This document shows positions 29,498-38,843 of a DNA stretch of 64,000 nt, piece by piece. The position numbers and the translations under genes were made by a program. The stretch comes from Abditibacterium sp. (GTDB lineage Bacteria > Armatimonadota > Abditibacteriia > Abditibacteriales > Abditibacteriaceae), in contig OZ251992.1 in NCBI GenBank assembly GCA_965246885.1, positions 2,336,001-2,400,000 on the forward strand, given 5' to 3'. Position 1 is the first letter of the stretch, and each line of letters begins with the position of its first letter. Under the pieces are notes generated by a model. The model ran no database searches and had not been told where the DNA came from. It saw only the letters and a list, made by a program, of their open reading frames with translations.

Positions 29498-31540
29498 TTA
29501 GAACGGCAGGCGTGACACACTTTTACTGAGCAGGGCGAGGGCGACGGCGGCCATGCCGATGAGGCCCATGCCGCAATAGTATCCCGCGACCAGCACCGGC
29601 GTGAACGCTTTCCAGTTCTCTTGGCCGTAGCGTTTCTGGAAGTAGTAGCGGCCCAGCATCGCGCCGATGAATTGCGGGATGGCATAGGCCGGGAGCACCT
29701 GCGTGCCCGACACGAGACCGTAAAAGAACAGAACGGGCAAACCGCCGACGATGGTCGCAGCATACGCCAGCACGCCCGCACCCGCGCCGTAGCCGATGTA
29801 GTGCGGGTTGATGGCGCGGAGCAGGAAGTTGTCGGCGCCCTTTTTGTTCGCCGTCATCCACAGCGCCTGACTTTGCGCCGAGACAGGCCAGAACTTCGCC
29901 GCGAACGGGTACTGCGCGGCGGGAATTGGCGACAGTTTCCAGATGAAACTCCAGAAGAGGAGCGAGCAACCGAGCATGATGGGCAGCATCAGCGCCTCGA
30001 CCTTGAGAATCGAGGAAAACTTAGTGCGCGTCAATTCGACGGTCTTGAAGTGCTGGGCCATGTAGCCGTGATCCGCGAGCGGAATCGGCGCGAACCAGAT
30101 GTTAAAGCTGGTCGTGCCCGACAGCATGAACGACGCCTCCCGGACGTAGGGGATGGAAACCGACTGCCCTGCCAAGCCCGCCATACGCGCGTTGATATAC
30201 GAGAAAATCGGCGTCCACACGAACCCAAAGAAAATCAGCAGCCAAAGTGGGAACGCGGGTACCAACACCTGACAGGTAACGATCGCCAAGATGGTGCCGA
30301 GCGCGTAGATGCCCAGCGACAGCGCGATGGGAAAGTCGCCGCGCCCCTTGGGAACCGACAGTTGCGGCGCCGCCACGCCTTCCTGCTTTTGCCCGCGCGC
30401 CTTGGTGAGCGCCCGAATGACCGACACGATGCCGATAATCGCCACGACGACCGACGTGCCAATGCCGAACGACAACCAAAAGTCAATGGAGTTGACCAGT
30501 TGCGATTGCAACATGTCCGTGCCCGACACCCAGTTGTGCAGAATTCCGGCGCGCTGCAAGAACGGGTTGGCGATGATGTGGCAACCCACCGATGACAGGA
30601 AGATACCAACCACAACCGCGAATGGGAGCAAGAAGCCAATTAGTATCTGGCCGGGGTCGGTGCCAATACCGGTGAGCGCGCCCGGCAGAATCTTCTGCGT
30701 GTTCTGCGTGTAGTCAATAAAGGGAATCGAAACGAGGGTGATGGGCTGCGAGAAAATCAGGCCCGTCACCGACGGCAAGAGGATATACAGCGCACCCCAG
30801 CCGACGCCCATCATGGCGCCGATGGAGAAGATGCGCCAGCGCCAGCCTTCTTTCTGGGAGGAGGACTCGGCGAGCGCCGTCGCGCCTTCGGCGGCGATGG
30901 GCGCGAGGGGGAACGGCAAACGCTCGACATCGGACGTGATGCGGAAGAGGACGTAGCCCAAGCCCCAACTCGTCATACGCCCGAACAATTGCCCGAACAT
31001 CAGCAGTCCGATAGCGGGCAGCCAATCCATATGGAAGAAGCTACGCGCGAGCAAGGCGGGCGAGTCGGCGGCGGGCGAAACCCACGTGCCCACGCCCTGC
31101 TGAATACCGAGCGCCTTGGCGATAGGCGTGTGGACAACGTAGGAGTTCCAAATTAAACCCGCGAACGGGCCGCCCGATATGGCGATGCCCGCGACGTTGC
31201 TCGTCAAGGCCGCGCCGATGTAATACAAGAGGTAAATCTCCTGCTTTTTCAGCGTCTGATACGAGCGGCGCGCGATCTCCATGAAGAGGATGATCGTCAC
31301 CCATTCGGCGGCTGGCCCCATGCCCTGTCCGGCGATCAGGCCAAGGTAGATGGAACCCGGCATCATGATGAAGCCGATAAAGAGAGCGCCGACGACGGTC
31401 TTCCAAGAAAAGCCGTCTATGAACTCATCGTCGTCAACTGACGCCACGTCGTCCGAAGGCGACGACGAAACGGCGTTGACAGAAAGCGGGCCGGAGGGCC
31501 GATCTTGCAGTTCGGCTTCGGTGGAAGGAAGAAGTGACAT
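29498..31540 (-). CDS. OPT-like (oligopeptide transporter superfamily) polytopic membrane protein
   Basis: 680 aa, many TM helices; GFSWKTVVGALF, ERLPFPLAPIAAEGA, PAAQYPFAAKFW. Confidence 0.7.
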   Translation of the reverse strand: MSLLPSTEAELQDRPSGPLSVNAVSSSPSDDVASVDDDEFIDGFSWKTVVGALFIGFIMMPGSIYLGLIAGQGMGPAAEWVTIILFMEIARRSYQTLKKQEIYLLYYIGAALTSNVAGIAISGGPFAGLIWNSYVVHTPIAKALGIQQGVGTWVSPAADSPALLARSFFHMDWLPAIGLLMFGQLFGRMTSWGLGYVLFRITSDVERLPFPLAPIAAEGATALAESSSQKEGWRWRIFSIGAMMGVGWGALYILLPSVTGLIFSQPITLVSIPFIDYTQNTQKILPGALTGIGTDPGQILIGFLLPFAVVVGIFLSSVGCHIIANPFLQRAGILHNWVSGTDMLQSQLVNSIDFWLSFGIGTSVVVAIIGIVSVIRALTKARGQKQEGVAAPQLSVPKGRGDFPIALSLGIYALGTILAIVTCQVLVPAFPLWLLIFFGFVWTPIFSYINARMAGLAGQSVSIPYVREASFMLSGTTSFNIWFAPIPLADHGYMAQHFKTVELTRTKFSSILKVEALMLPIMLGCSLLFWSFIWKLSPIPAAQYPFAAKFWPVSAQSQALWMTANKKGADNFLLRAINPHYIGYGAGAGVLAYAATIVGGLPVLFFYGLVSGTQVLPAYAIPQFIGAMLGRYYFQKRYGQENWKAFTPVLVAGYYCGMGLIGMAAVALALLSKSVSRLPF

Positions 31541-31550
31541 TGTTTGAAGT

Positions 31551-31626
31551 CGGAAGTCGGAAACCGGAACGCGGAAAAATCGCCTTTGCTGGCCCCCTTC
31601 TTCCGCGTTCCGGTTTCCGACTTCCG
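31551..31626. repeat. Heptamer-repeat (CGGAANN) inverted-repeat hairpin H3
   Basis: Perfect 26-bp arms 31551-31576 / 31601-31626. Confidence 0.9.
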
Positions 31627-31629
31627 CGT

Positions 31630-34600
31630 TTAAGCGAGGATGGCCCCCGGTTCTTCGACAGGGATAGTTTCGCCCAAAACATGGGCGCGGCCCCGCAGAA
31701 TGTATTCGTGCTGCATGGCGGGTTTGACGGTGCGCCACACGAGAAGCTGTTTGCGCAGTTCGGTCATGAACTCGCGGTTGACGCGCTTCCACGCGGCGAT
31801 TTCGCCGGAGCGACGCTCCAAGCGCAGTTGCATCTCATAGAGTCCCGGCTCGGTCGCGGGCAAGAGGATGATGTCGGTGTCTTGCGAGACGCCCATATCG
31901 AAGGGCGCCAGCCATGTCCGCATATGGAGCAAGAAAACCTGCGTGTCAGGCGGCTCGGCAATCGAGTCGAGTTCGATGTAGCCGCCTTTGGGCGGCGTAT
32001 CGGGCAGAACGGTCGCCGCGCCCGACGCCGTTTCATCTATCTTCGGCATCTTCTTGAGCGAGAACTTGCGCTTTTCGCCGTTGCCATTTCCGTTGCCGTG
32101 CAATAGCGCCAAGGCTTCGGGCGAACCGGGGCGCGGCACGCCCTCGTTGAGGAGCGCGACCGCTTCGCGGAGCGTGAGCGCCGAGAAGGTGATTTTGTCG
32201 GTGTAGAACTTGCCGACCGACGTGTCCGTATGCGACTCGAAGTAGTCGGCCAAGAACTGCGCCATCCCCAGCGACTGCAAGCCCGACACGGTGAAGGGGA
32301 ACTCCAAGCGCCACAGATCGCCAACGGGTTCGCCCAACTCCGCTTTGCGCTCGTCCGGCTGCGATAAACGCGACGCGGCCCACGCTGGATACAGCGTCGA
32401 AAGCAACACCGTCAGCATCACAATCAGCGTGGCGATGACCGCCGACGACGAGGAGTAGTTGAGCGTGATGCCCGGTAGCGCCCCCGTCGCCGTAATGACT
32501 TTCGCCACTATCTGCGCGATGAGATACCCCGAAATCGAACCCAAGACCGCGTAAACGATGGCCTCGGCGATGAACAGCGCGGCGATGTGAATCGGGGCCA
32601 GACCAATCGAAGAGTAGATGCCAATCTCGCGCGTTCGCTCGTAGACCGAGCCAAGCATGGTGTTTGCGATAATCATCGCGGCGATGGCGATGGGAATGGC
32701 GAGTGAGGCGAAGCCCTCGTAGGAGGATGCCTCGACCGACGAATACAAGCGCGACACGAGAGGACTGCTCAGGATAGGATTGCCGTCTTTATCCATGTCA
32801 TGCGTCGCGCCGAAAATGCCCAGCGCCGCGCGGTTCATCAAATCGCTTAATTCATGTTGCGCAACCTTCGCATCTTGGATGCCAACGGCAATCGAGCGCG
32901 TCGTGGCGCCCATGTCCATCGCCGTTTGATACGGGATGACCAGTAAGGCGTTGGCCTGCATATGGGTGTAGCGTTGGACGGAGACTTCCTGCCCTTTGGC
33001 GCTTGAAGCCGACTGCGCGCTTTGCGACGATTTGGTTTGCTCGTTCGAGTAGTCAACGGGCGAGAACTCCTCGTTGTCTATGTCGCGCAGGTTGTCCTTG
33101 GCTTGCGCGCCGAACCACTGGCGGTCGTCGAAGATGCCAATGACTTTAAACTTCTTCCCGCTCACTTGCACGATCGAGCCGACCGCATTATCGAGGGTGA
33201 GGCCCAACTGTGCGCCGCTCGCGGTGGCGTCGTCCGTCTTGGGCGTGGGGGTCGCGTCGGTGGTCTGGCCTGCCGCTGCTTGCGTTGCCTCTCTTTCCTT
33301 TTGGCGCGTCGCGTCATCGAGCAAGATGTCGCGCGGGAGCAAACACACGTCTTTGTCGCCCGGTGCGAACCATCTGCCGCCCTTGAGAATCGTGCCCGGA
33401 AGCGGCGAGCCGATGCTTTGCTCTTCTGGCGTTAGCCCCAGCAGCGCTTGCGAGTAAAAGTGCTTGGTCGCGTCGCTCGCGTTCTCGACGCGCAGGGAAA
33501 GCGGGTCGCCTTCGGTGCGCGCCAGATACCACGCCCGTAGCGCCGGTTCGCCCAGCTTCTGCGCGCGGATTTCGTTGGTGATGGAGTTCGTCGCCACATC
33601 CGGCAGCGCCCCCCATGCCGCATCGCGGATGAGGAAGCCCTGATACGCGGGCGGACGGGGCGAGTCGCCGTAGGGCCGCGCGAAGTTGGCGATGCTCGCC
33701 GTCACGGACGTGAAGGAGAGCACCGTAAACGTCAGCAAAATCAGCGTGATGCACGTCAGCGCCGTGCGCGTCGGGCGGCGGCGCATATTGGCAATGCCCA
33801 AGCCCACCGCCGCGCCCAAAGCCGAGAGGCGACCCATGTCGGCGTAGTGCACGCCCTGCTTGAGGCGCTTGATCTCTTGCTCGAACTTCGACTGCAAAAA
33901 CGCCGTCACGACCACCGTCAGCGCCAGAATCACGAACGCGAGGAGGATGATAAACGGCGTTGCCGCCAACTCAAACGCCGGATGGACAAAGCGAATCGCG
34001 GTAAAGACGATGAGGAACACAATAGACGTGCCCGCGATCTGCTTGCGCACGTCGGGGAAGCCGAACAGCATCCGCTCCACGAAGTACGCGAAAGGAATGA
34101 GGAGCGCGAGGTAGAAGATGATGCCCTTCAGCACGTCTTGGGAGGTTGCTTCGACATCGGGATACGCGCGCGATTCCAAGCCAAAAGCGCGGCGCGCTTC
34201 GGCGTAGAAGGTGTCGTACTGCATCCCCGCGAGGGCCGTCTGCGCCCGGAGCAAAGAGCCGCCGTTGGGTTTGGTAACGGAAGTCGTCGGGCAGTTGAAC
34301 AGCCCCTTGGCCCCTCCCGTGTCCCCGGCGGGACAGCCCGCTTCGCCGTGCAGTTTGTCCACGCGCTCGTTGCTGATGCCAAACCCCTTCAGGAGGCGGA
34401 TGCGTTGCTGGTCGAGCGTCCACAGGTCACTCGCGGTTTGAAACGCGATGCGCGAAACGGTGTTAGTTTCGGGGCCATCCAGCACTTGGAACCCCTCGCC
34501 CTCAAAGCCGAGCGTACTGACGGCGCTGGGGCTACCCGAACTTTGCAAGAGCACCAAGCGCTTGCCCAAAAGCCCCTGCGCCATGATCATCTTGAAGCGC

Positions 34601-36765
34601 TGGCCCGCCTCCGAAAACACGATCGCGATGGGTTCGATGTCCGACACTCCCGGCGGTGAGGCTGGGCGCAGATAACCCGTCACGACCGGCTCAGCATCGG
34701 TCTTGGCGTCCAACACGGACATCTCCTTCAGGACGGAAAAGTAGCGCTGGTCGAGCGTATCGTAGATGGTCGCAGCGCGACACTTGAAGCAAATCAGCGA
34801 AACATCGGCGTTAAGTTGGTTCGCCGCCGCGTCCTTGACGGTCAATGAGCTTTGCGCTTTGGAAAAGGCGGGCGAGAAGCGTTGGCGGTCGCTTCCCAAG
34901 TCGGGCGCGAAGATGATGTGGCCGTCGCGGTTGACCGAATACGCTTCAAACTCATAATTCGGCGTGCCACCGCCCTTGGGGTCGCCCACGCGCGGGCCGA
35001 TAAAGACGAACTGCGCGACGGCGGGGGTGTCTTTGAGTGGCTTGGAGTAACTGGCGCGCTCGATCATCAGGCCGCGCACACCCGCATACGACTTGTTTTC
35101 GTTCGGGCCGCCATTTCTGTCCGAAACGGCGACACCAACGGCTTGCACGCCCGCCGCGCCTGTCGGGTCGAGTTTCTCGTCGGGGAGCGGCGTGTCGGGC
35201 AAAAAGGAGTTGGCTTTGGCGACGTCGCGGTAAATTGCGCGCCCCACTTCAAACCCGAAGACGCCCGACAACTGCGTCCTATCCGGCAACACGGGATTCC
35301 CTTTGGGGGCGTCGCCCACCGCCACATCGTCCAACGCGCGGCGCAGAAGTGGCTCGACCGAGTTCACCTGCGCCGCGAGGTTGGGCAGGTTCATGTTCGC
35401 CACCGTATCAAAGGGCGTGTCTTGCTCCAAGCGCGCGTCGTTGGCCGTAGCGAAAGAGACGCCCGGTATCTGCGCAAGGGTGGCGGCCTCCGAATCGAAG
35501 CCGATTTGCGCGGGCAGAAACGAGCGCCACGTGCGCCCGTCCTTGCCGGTTACGCCATCCACAAAGGTGTCGTCGGGATTGGTGTTGGTGGCCTTGGCTT
35601 GCTGGGCGGCGAAGCGCCCGACCGACTTGGCGAGGTTACCAAACTGGTTGAGCAGGATGTTCTCGCCACCCGTCGTCATCTGATTGTAGAACCAGCCCTT
35701 GGCGAAGAGGCCGACCGTTTGGGTGCGCGAGGTCAAGTCCAACCCCATGAAGGCGCGATACGAGGCAATTTCCGCTTTGAGCGCGTCGCCGCCTTTGCCG
35801 TCGCGGTCAACAGCGTGGGTCGCCAAGAAGTTGCGCACGCCCGCCAAGGCCAAGTGGTGCGCGCCGTTGGCGACGAAAAGGACGTTATCAGAGGGCGGGT
35901 TGGCTTTGAGGCGCGCCGCCAGTTCGAGCAGGGCCGCCATGTTGCCCGCCGCTTCCGCTCCGGGGGCAAGGTCGGGCACGACCGACATCGAGTCGAAATA
36001 CGCCGACACGATGATGGTATTGGCTTTGCCTTTCTCGCTCGTGGGATTCTTCCCCGGCAAGTAGCCCAGAATGTTGCGCGTGGGAACTGGTTCCCACGTC
36101 ACGAGGGACTTGAGCGTGGCGGTCTGGCCCGTTGCCGTTTTAAGAGCTTCGGCGTCCGCGCCCTGAACGTAGAAACGCGGCAACTCGACGGGCAAAAGGG
36201 CAAATTTGCGTTCGGCTTGGCCCCTATCCGTGTCATCGGGTGCCAAAAACACGATGGCTTTAGCGCCCAAATCGGCGGCGGTAATCCAGTTCATGCCGCA
36301 GTTAAAATCCAGAGCAACGATGGAGCCGTCTATCTTTTGCCCGTTGAAGTCCGACGGCAAGCCGCCGTGCGCATACACGAGCGGGCCGGACAACCCCTTT
36401 TCGGGGGTGGTCGAGCCAATTACTTGATTGGGATAAACCGGAAACGCCGGAAGCGTGCGTCCGTTGAGTTCGAGGGTCGTGCTGCCGTGAGTGAACGGCG
36501 CGGTCACTAAATACTCGTCGTGCTTGACTTGGGTCAGGCCAATGTCGTGGAAGCGCTTTTCTACATAATCGGCGGCGGCCAAGTTGCCCGGAGTGCCGGG
36601 AACGCGCGAAGGGTACTTAGTCAGCACCGCTATGTCGCTTTGCAGACGCGCCGAGAGCGCCGCGTCGGATGGGGGAGAAGCGGCTGGCGAGGCGGTTTGG
36701 GCGAGACCCACGCGCGCGAGGGCCAGCAGCAACAGGCAAGAAAACAGAGATCGGGGAAACGCCAT
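31630..36765 (-). CDS. Large membrane protein: M28-peptidase-like/PA ectodomain fused to FtsX/MacB-type permease
   Basis: Signal peptide; RNILGYLPG..IIVSAYFDS..APGAE..ALLELA; ANMRRRPTRTALT; SVYERTREIGIYSSIGL..LFIAEA; LYPAWAASR. Confidence 0.82.
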   Translation of the reverse strand: MAFPRSLFSCLLLLALARVGLAQTASPAASPPSDAALSARLQSDIAVLTKYPSRVPGTPGNLAAADYVEKRFHDIGLTQVKHDEYLVTAPFTHGSTTLELNGRTLPAFPVYPNQVIGSTTPEKGLSGPLVYAHGGLPSDFNGQKIDGSIVALDFNCGMNWITAADLGAKAIVFLAPDDTDRGQAERKFALLPVELPRFYVQGADAEALKTATGQTATLKSLVTWEPVPTRNILGYLPGKNPTSEKGKANTIIVSAYFDSMSVVPDLAPGAEAAGNMAALLELAARLKANPPSDNVLFVANGAHHLALAGVRNFLATHAVDRDGKGGDALKAEIASYRAFMGLDLTSRTQTVGLFAKGWFYNQMTTGGENILLNQFGNLAKSVGRFAAQQAKATNTNPDDTFVDGVTGKDGRTWRSFLPAQIGFDSEAATLAQIPGVSFATANDARLEQDTPFDTVANMNLPNLAAQVNSVEPLLRRALDDVAVGDAPKGNPVLPDRTQLSGVFGFEVGRAIYRDVAKANSFLPDTPLPDEKLDPTGAAGVQAVGVAVSDRNGGPNENKSYAGVRGLMIERASYSKPLKDTPAVAQFVFIGPRVGDPKGGGTPNYEFEAYSVNRDGHIIFAPDLGSDRQRFSPAFSKAQSSLTVKDAAANQLNADVSLICFKCRAATIYDTLDQRYFSVLKEMSVLDAKTDAEPVVTGYLRPASPPGVSDIEPIAIVFSEAGQRFKMIMAQGLLGKRLVLLQSSGSPSAVSTLGFEGEGFQVLDGPETNTVSRIAFQTASDLWTLDQQRIRLLKGFGISNERVDKLHGEAGCPAGDTGGAKGLFNCPTTSVTKPNGGSLLRAQTALAGMQYDTFYAEARRAFGLESRAYPDVEATSQDVLKGIIFYLALLIPFAYFVERMLFGFPDVRKQIAGTSIVFLIVFTAIRFVHPAFELAATPFIILLAFVILALTVVVTAFLQSKFEQEIKRLKQGVHYADMGRLSALGAAVGLGIANMRRRPTRTALTCITLILLTFTVLSFTSVTASIANFARPYGDSPRPPAYQGFLIRDAAWGALPDVATNSITNEIRAQKLGEPALRAWYLARTEGDPLSLRVENASDATKHFYSQALLGLTPEEQSIGSPLPGTILKGGRWFAPGDKDVCLLPRDILLDDATRQKEREATQAAAGQTTDATPTPKTDDATASGAQLGLTLDNAVGSIVQVSGKKFKVIGIFDDRQWFGAQAKDNLRDIDNEEFSPVDYSNEQTKSSQSAQSASSAKGQEVSVQRYTHMQANALLVIPYQTAMDMGATTRSIAVGIQDAKVAQHELSDLMNRAALGIFGATHDMDKDGNPILSSPLVSRLYSSVEASSYEGFASLAIPIAIAAMIIANTMLGSVYERTREIGIYSSIGLAPIHIAALFIAEAIVYAVLGSISGYLIAQIVAKVITATGALPGITLNYSSSSAVIATLIVMLTVLLSTLYPAWAASRLSQPDERKAELGEPVGDLWRLEFPFTVSGLQSLGMAQFLADYFESHTDTSVGKFYTDKITFSALTLREAVALLNEGVPRPGSPEALALLHGNGNGNGEKRKFSLKKMPKIDETASGAATVLPDTPPKGGYIELDSIAEPPDTQVFLLHMRTWLAPFDMGVSQDTDIILLPATEPGLYEMQLRLERRSGEIAAWKRVNREFMTELRKQLLVWRTVKPAMQHEYILRGRAHVLGETIPVEEPGAILA

Positions 36766-36970
36766 TCAACAAATCCTTCAAACACAAATCCGCGCCGGTG
36801 CCCTACGCACCGACTCTTCTTAGAGCGGGAACAGCCATAAAGGTTAGCAGAAAAACGCGGCTTTTCTCTTCGTCTCCCTCTTTGGGCGCCACAGAGGAGC
36901 CGACATAGAGTAGAATTGCATCTACCGGGCGCCGATTTGCAGACGGGCGCCATCCCGAAGGAGGTCTCCT

Positions 36971-37861
36971 ATGGAACTGTATCAACTCAAGCTGTTCGTG
37001 GATTTGGCCGAAAAGAAGAACTTTACCCAAGTCGCCAACGAAAACTACGTCACCCAAGCCGCCGTCACCTTGCAAATTCGCAAGCTCGAATCGGAACTGG
37101 GCGTGCCCCTGTTCCACCGCACCACAAGGGCCGTCACCCTGTTGGAAGCGGGCCAAAAGCTGCTGCCCTACGCGACGCAGATGCTCAAACTGAGCGACGA
37201 AGCCAAGGAAATCGTGCGCGAAACCAAAACCGAAGTGTCCGGCTTGGTGCGTGTCGCATCCGTTCACTCGGTCGGGTTGTATGAACTGCCCGCTTACATC
37301 AAAAAATTCCTGACCAAGTTCCCCGGCGTCAACCTGCGCATCGAATATCGCACGTCCGACGACATCTACCGGGAGCTTTTGGCGGGCGACATAGATGTCG
37401 GTATCGTCGCTTATCCCAACGAGATGAGCCGCGTCGAAACGCGCCCTTTTTCCAGCGACGACTTGGCGATTTTCTGCCCGAAAGACCATCCGTTTGCCAA
37501 AAAGCAAAGCGTGGAACTGGCGGAACTGGCCGGTCAAAACTTCGTGCAATTCACCGAAGAAACTCCCACGCGCCGCGCGACGGACGCCGTCTTAGCCGAG
37601 CACGGCGTCGTGGTCAACGTGCGAACCGAATGCGATAACATCGAGGTGTTGAAGCAGATGATTGAAATCGGCTATGGCATTGCCATGTTGCCGCGCAACT
37701 CGCTCACGCCCACCGACCGCGAAGCGGGCCTGCGCATGATAGATATCAAAGACGTGAAGATCGAGCGACCTCTGGGCATCCTGCTTCTCAAGAACGCGCC
37801 CCGCTTTAAAGCGATGCGCGCTTTCGTGGACACCTTGTCGCCCAAACCGCCCGCCGCTTAA
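36971..37861 (+). CDS. LysR-family transcriptional regulator
   Basis: NFTQVANENYVTQAAVTLQIRKLESELGVPLFHRT; GGAGG RBS. Confidence 0.96.
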   Translation: MELYQLKLFVDLAEKKNFTQVANENYVTQAAVTLQIRKLESELGVPLFHRTTRAVTLLEAGQKLLPYATQMLKLSDEAKEIVRETKTEVSGLVRVASVHSVGLYELPAYIKKFLTKFPGVNLRIEYRTSDDIYRELLAGDIDVGIVAYPNEMSRVETRPFSSDDLAIFCPKDHPFAKKQSVELAELAGQNFVQFTEETPTRRATDAVLAEHGVVVNVRTECDNIEVLKQMIEIGYGIAMLPRNSLTPTDREAGLRMIDIKDVKIERPLGILLLKNAPRFKAMRAFVDTLSPKPPAA

Positions 37862-37883
37862 CCCGTCTTCCAATTAACCACCA

Positions 37884-37913
37884 CAACCGCGCTTTTGAGA
37901 AAAGACGCGGTTG
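37884..37913 (+). terminator. Stem-loop downstream of LysR gene
   Basis: CAACCGCGCTTTT-gag-AAAAGaCGCGGTTG; weak U tract. Confidence 0.55.
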
Positions 37914-37927
37914 CTGCGTTTGGGAGT

Positions 37928-38086
37928 GGCGGTGAGCCGATGACAGACGTCTGTCACCCGGTGGCGCGTGTCTGTCGGGGAATCCCGCGTGTCTGCCGAG
38001 GAACCCCACACGTCTGTCGCCCAGTGGCGCGTGTCTGTCAGCGCATGGCGCATGTCTGTGGGACGTTGACGGGAGGCGGTGACTGC
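37928..38086. repeat. 21-bp phased degenerate tandem array C (GTCTG core)
   Basis: GTCTG at 37949, 37970, 37991, 38012, 38033, 38054; GGCGGTGA variants in phase at 37928 and 38075. Confidence 0.88.
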
Positions 38087-38138
38087 GGCGCCGATATACG
38101 GGAAAGCGTGCGAGGAGGAACGGTCAAACTTCCCGGCG

Positions 38139-38813
38139 ATGAAATCTTTCGGGTGGCGGGAGCCGAGCGCGGCGCGGGCGGGCGGGCCGGTTCTGCTGGT
38201 GTCGTGTGTGCTGGTAGTGGGGGGATTGATATTTCACCCGCCGCCCACGCACGGCTTTGAGGAAAAACCCTCGCAACTGCACAACACGCCTTGGTGGGGG
38301 CCAATTCACGTTTCCATCGCGGCGGGGTTCGTCGGGTGCGTGTTGGGGTGTTTGCTGCTCTTGGTTGCAGGCGGGCCGCTTACGCGGCGGGCGGCGGGTG
38401 CTTTTGGTTGGGCGGCGATGTGTGTCGGAATGATCTTCTTTTCCGGCGTGGCGCTCATCAACGGCTGGGTGATGCACTTCCTGATAGACCAGAACGCGCC
38501 GCAGAGAGAGCCGCTGGTGTACGACGCTTTCAATCGGCTGCTCATCGGCTTCGGTTGGCTGGGCAACCCGCTTTTTCTGGCGGGCCTGACGGCAGTGGCG
38601 GCGCTCGAAGTGTGGGAGCGGACAATCGAACAACCCCGCTTTTGGGCGTGGTGGGGGCTGACGTTCGCCCTTTTGTCGTGGGGGCGCGGCGTCGGGTCGG
38701 CGACAGGGATGTACTTTTTGGAGCCGCTCATCTACGCTAACGTGCCCGCGTTTTTGTGGCTGGGCATCTATGGCGCGCGCGTTTTTAAGCTCTCCAAAAC
38801 GGGCGCGGCGTAG
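38139..38813 (+). CDS. Hypothetical integral membrane protein (~6 TM)
   Basis: Repeated hydrophobic helices; start uncertain. Confidence 0.75.
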   Translation: MKSFGWREPSAARAGGPVLLVSCVLVVGGLIFHPPPTHGFEEKPSQLHNTPWWGPIHVSIAAGFVGCVLGCLLLLVAGGPLTRRAAGAFGWAAMCVGMIFFSGVALINGWVMHFLIDQNAPQREPLVYDAFNRLLIGFGWLGNPLFLAGLTAVAALEVWERTIEQPRFWAWWGLTFALLSWGRGVGSATGMYFLEPLIYANVPAFLWLGIYGARVFKLSKTGAA

Positions 38814-38843
38814 TTGCAGGCGCGCTTTGCCAAACTCCCTCCC

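Noticed and set aside
36770..36970. Riboswitch or LysR box in the divergent intergenic region
   Set aside because: Only short hairpins (GTAGA-attgca-TCTAC); no recognisable aptamer or convincing T-N11-A dyad.
37928..38086. Phased GTCTG arrays as mini-CRISPR
   Set aside because: A 21-bp period is far shorter than a CRISPR repeat plus spacer, and the conserved core is only 5-14 bp.
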